Positions 61,944 to 64,000 of a stretch of 64,000 nt of DNA are shown in pieces (the first letter of the stretch is position 1; each line of letters starts with the position of its first letter). The translations under genes were made by a program, and so were the position numbers. Origin of the DNA: Selaginella moellendorffii. Taxonomy: Eukaryota > Plantae > Lycopodiophyta. The notes under the pieces are model-generated. The model ran no database searches. It had not been told where the DNA came from and saw only the letters and a list, made by a program, of their open reading frames with translations. The stretch covers positions 252,979 through 316,978 of the forward strand of contig NW_003314299.1 in assembly GCF_000143415.4 (NCBI RefSeq). Reading direction: 5' to 3'.

Positions 61944-63583
61944 CAATTCAGTAGCTTGATAAACATGCAAATACAGAACTTGATGCAAAATCCTTTGATA
62001 TGTCACAATGCCCCTAGGAGCATAAACACATTTCAATAGAGAGGGTCCTTTCATTTCATAACTCCTTACATAGATCTTGGTGAAACCAGAGTTAGTGAAG
62101 TTAGTTTCTTGTGATCCCGCATCTGATTGTGATGTCCCTTTGCAGTTTCGATGGAAAGGTCAATGCACACCAAACTGTAAAATCTTGGAGCAAAATAACG
62201 GTCGGATCTATGGCAAATGCCCCTGAAACATTGTAAGGCTCGTGTGGTCTCATGTGGTGTCCGATCGAGATGCTTCTTTGCAGGGTCATCAAGAAAGACA
62301 TTGTATACCATTCTGTAAAATCTAGTTGCGATCTAACGGTTGGATCTCCAGAAAACTCAAAAAAATCTCGCGCGTGTCAGAATATCCTAGGAATATACTC
62401 CTATGTGCCTCTGAAAATGGCATGCAGCCCCACGCCATTCAAGAGATAACACCAAATGACGCTGAGAATTTTTTGGTGCATTTTTTGGGTTCAAAATTGC
62501 ATGAGCCCACACGCTATAAAGTTTATCTTTGCCAAATAAAGAAAAGTTTATCTGTGTCATGTGAGGTAGTTATAGTCCTTTGTGCTCGGCATCTGCCTCT
62601 TGCAGCATTTGCACTAAAAGGGAATTTTTCTCCATTCAGCATTTGGCCCTGAAAATGGCATGCGCCCACACGCCATTCAAGGAATAACGCCACAGGACGC
62701 CTGGATTTTTGGGTTTAAAATGTTTAGGGTTTTTTGGGTTTTTTCAAAATATTTTGGGTCCAACGTTTTTTGGGTTTCTTTGGTTCAAAATTGCATGAGC
62801 CCACACACTATAATATTGATTTGAGAGAAAAATAGAAAGAGATAGAATTTCTTTATTTAGCTGAACATCTGCCATTTTTGGAAATACAAGATGCTTTGGA
62901 ATATCCAATCATGCATGGTATAAATATAGCGAGGGTATTAAATGATATCCCAGTCATGATCTTTCTTTTGGATTTCGCGTGCATGCAGTCTGAGGAATGA
63001 TGACGTTGCGGATTTCTTTTGGATTTTGCGTGCTTGCATGCGCGCGGCAATCCAGAAATTAATGGTGGCGCCCAAGTCCGGGGAATGATGTCGTGGCGGG
63101 ATTACCAACCGTCGTGACATTTCGCGCGTGTGAGGTTAGGTTTTGCATTTTGCTTCGTACTCGCGCTCGTGCTCGTATCACACTCGCGCTCGCGCTCGCA
63201 TCACACTCGCGCTCGTGCTCGCATCACACTCGTGCTCGCATCGCGCTCCCACTCGCGATCACGCTCACATTCGCGCTCATCTACCTTCTCTACAGGTTTC
63301 TCGTGTGCATCGGCGTCCACTCGCGCTTGCATCACACTCGCGCTCGCATCGCGCTCGTGTGCATCGGCATCCACTTCAAAACACACCCAGTTTGTAACTT
63401 CGCCGCCAACTCCGCCGCCCACTCCGCCACCCACACGCAGCCCAGTTGGCGTCCCGGGAGATTTCAGCGCCACTCTCCAACTGTTAAGTGGCAGAGTAGC
63501 CTTGCTGCTACGATCCGCTGCACACACAGTGCACATTCGCCAGCGAGTCCGGCCTCGATTGTCACGCCTCCATTCGGCTTCAA

Positions 63584-64000
63584 ATGGTAAGTCTTTTAGG
63601 CCAAGTAGAAAATGGCATGAGGCCACATGCCATTCAGTAGCAACATTGGCATGCACCGATTGGGCTCTCGAGTGCAGTCCGGTTACAGATGGCGTGTAGC
63701 CTCACGCCATCTTAGAATGCAGCCTCAAGACATCTGATGCAGTGGTGAATGGCATGTGGCTTCACGTTATTTCCAGCTGCTAGCTTTTCATCTATCAGCT
63801 CTAATTGTTGTGCTCAGCATCCATAACATTCTACTCGCGACAAAAGTTGTTTTTGACAAATGGGTAGATGTGCTGAGGAGGTACCATGACGGGGAGTTGC
63901 TAAACTCAATGGGTGTGGAGGACGGCCGGAAGCCCAATGATTTGAAGCTCAACGCCTTGCGTTTCTCGCGGTCTCTAGACGACGACGACCTTCTGACAGT
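63584..64000 (+). pseudogene. Cargo gene remnant, copy 3 (~1.29 kb deletion removing the acceptor and ParB domain)
   Basis: Junction gttgtg|ctcagcatcc at 63812/63813 joins the equivalents of 30184 and 31476. Confidence 0.88.

Larger units (their letters stand above)
55724..64000. mobile_element. Sola1-like DNA transposon, copy 3 (runs off the window)
   Basis: Left terminus ATGCTCTATTTCG inserted in a family C LTR after caag (predicted TSD). Collinear with copies 1 and 2. Confidence 0.93.

Noticed and set aside
2449-64000. Three copies as an assembly or segmental duplication
   Set aside because: Each has different flanks and TSD, private SNPs and private deletions.

Overview
Repeat-saturated plant nuclear DNA (TTTAGGG repeats, tRNA-iMet PBSs, ~47-57 nt introns; a non-seed plant such as Selaginella is a guess). 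I found no recognisable host gene. An old, decayed Ty3/gypsy-type element (family C) carries nested insertions: a complete but decayed chromovirus (36938-44451, TSD ttatg), non-autonomous LTR elements (family B; 15784-22116, TSD acttg), and three same-orientation copies of a ~12.8 kb cut-and-paste DNA transposon (2449-14974, 23363-34938, 55724->64000). The transposon has ~24 bp TIRs, 4-bp TSDs and a Sola1-like DDD transposase. Divergent from the transposase is one multi-exon gene that reconstructs as a ParB/Srx-like domain, a degenerate beta-class N6A/N4C DNA methyltransferase fold, a linker and an FCP1/NIF-type HAD phosphatase. The element also carries ~25-30 dispersed copies of a 22-bp palindrome (ATGGCRTG-N6-CAYGCCAT) that I did not see outside it. 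This is a candidate ParB/parS-like, sequence-specific chromatin or anti-silencing module on a eukaryotic transposon. Domain calls come from motif recognition by eye and need profile or structure confirmation.
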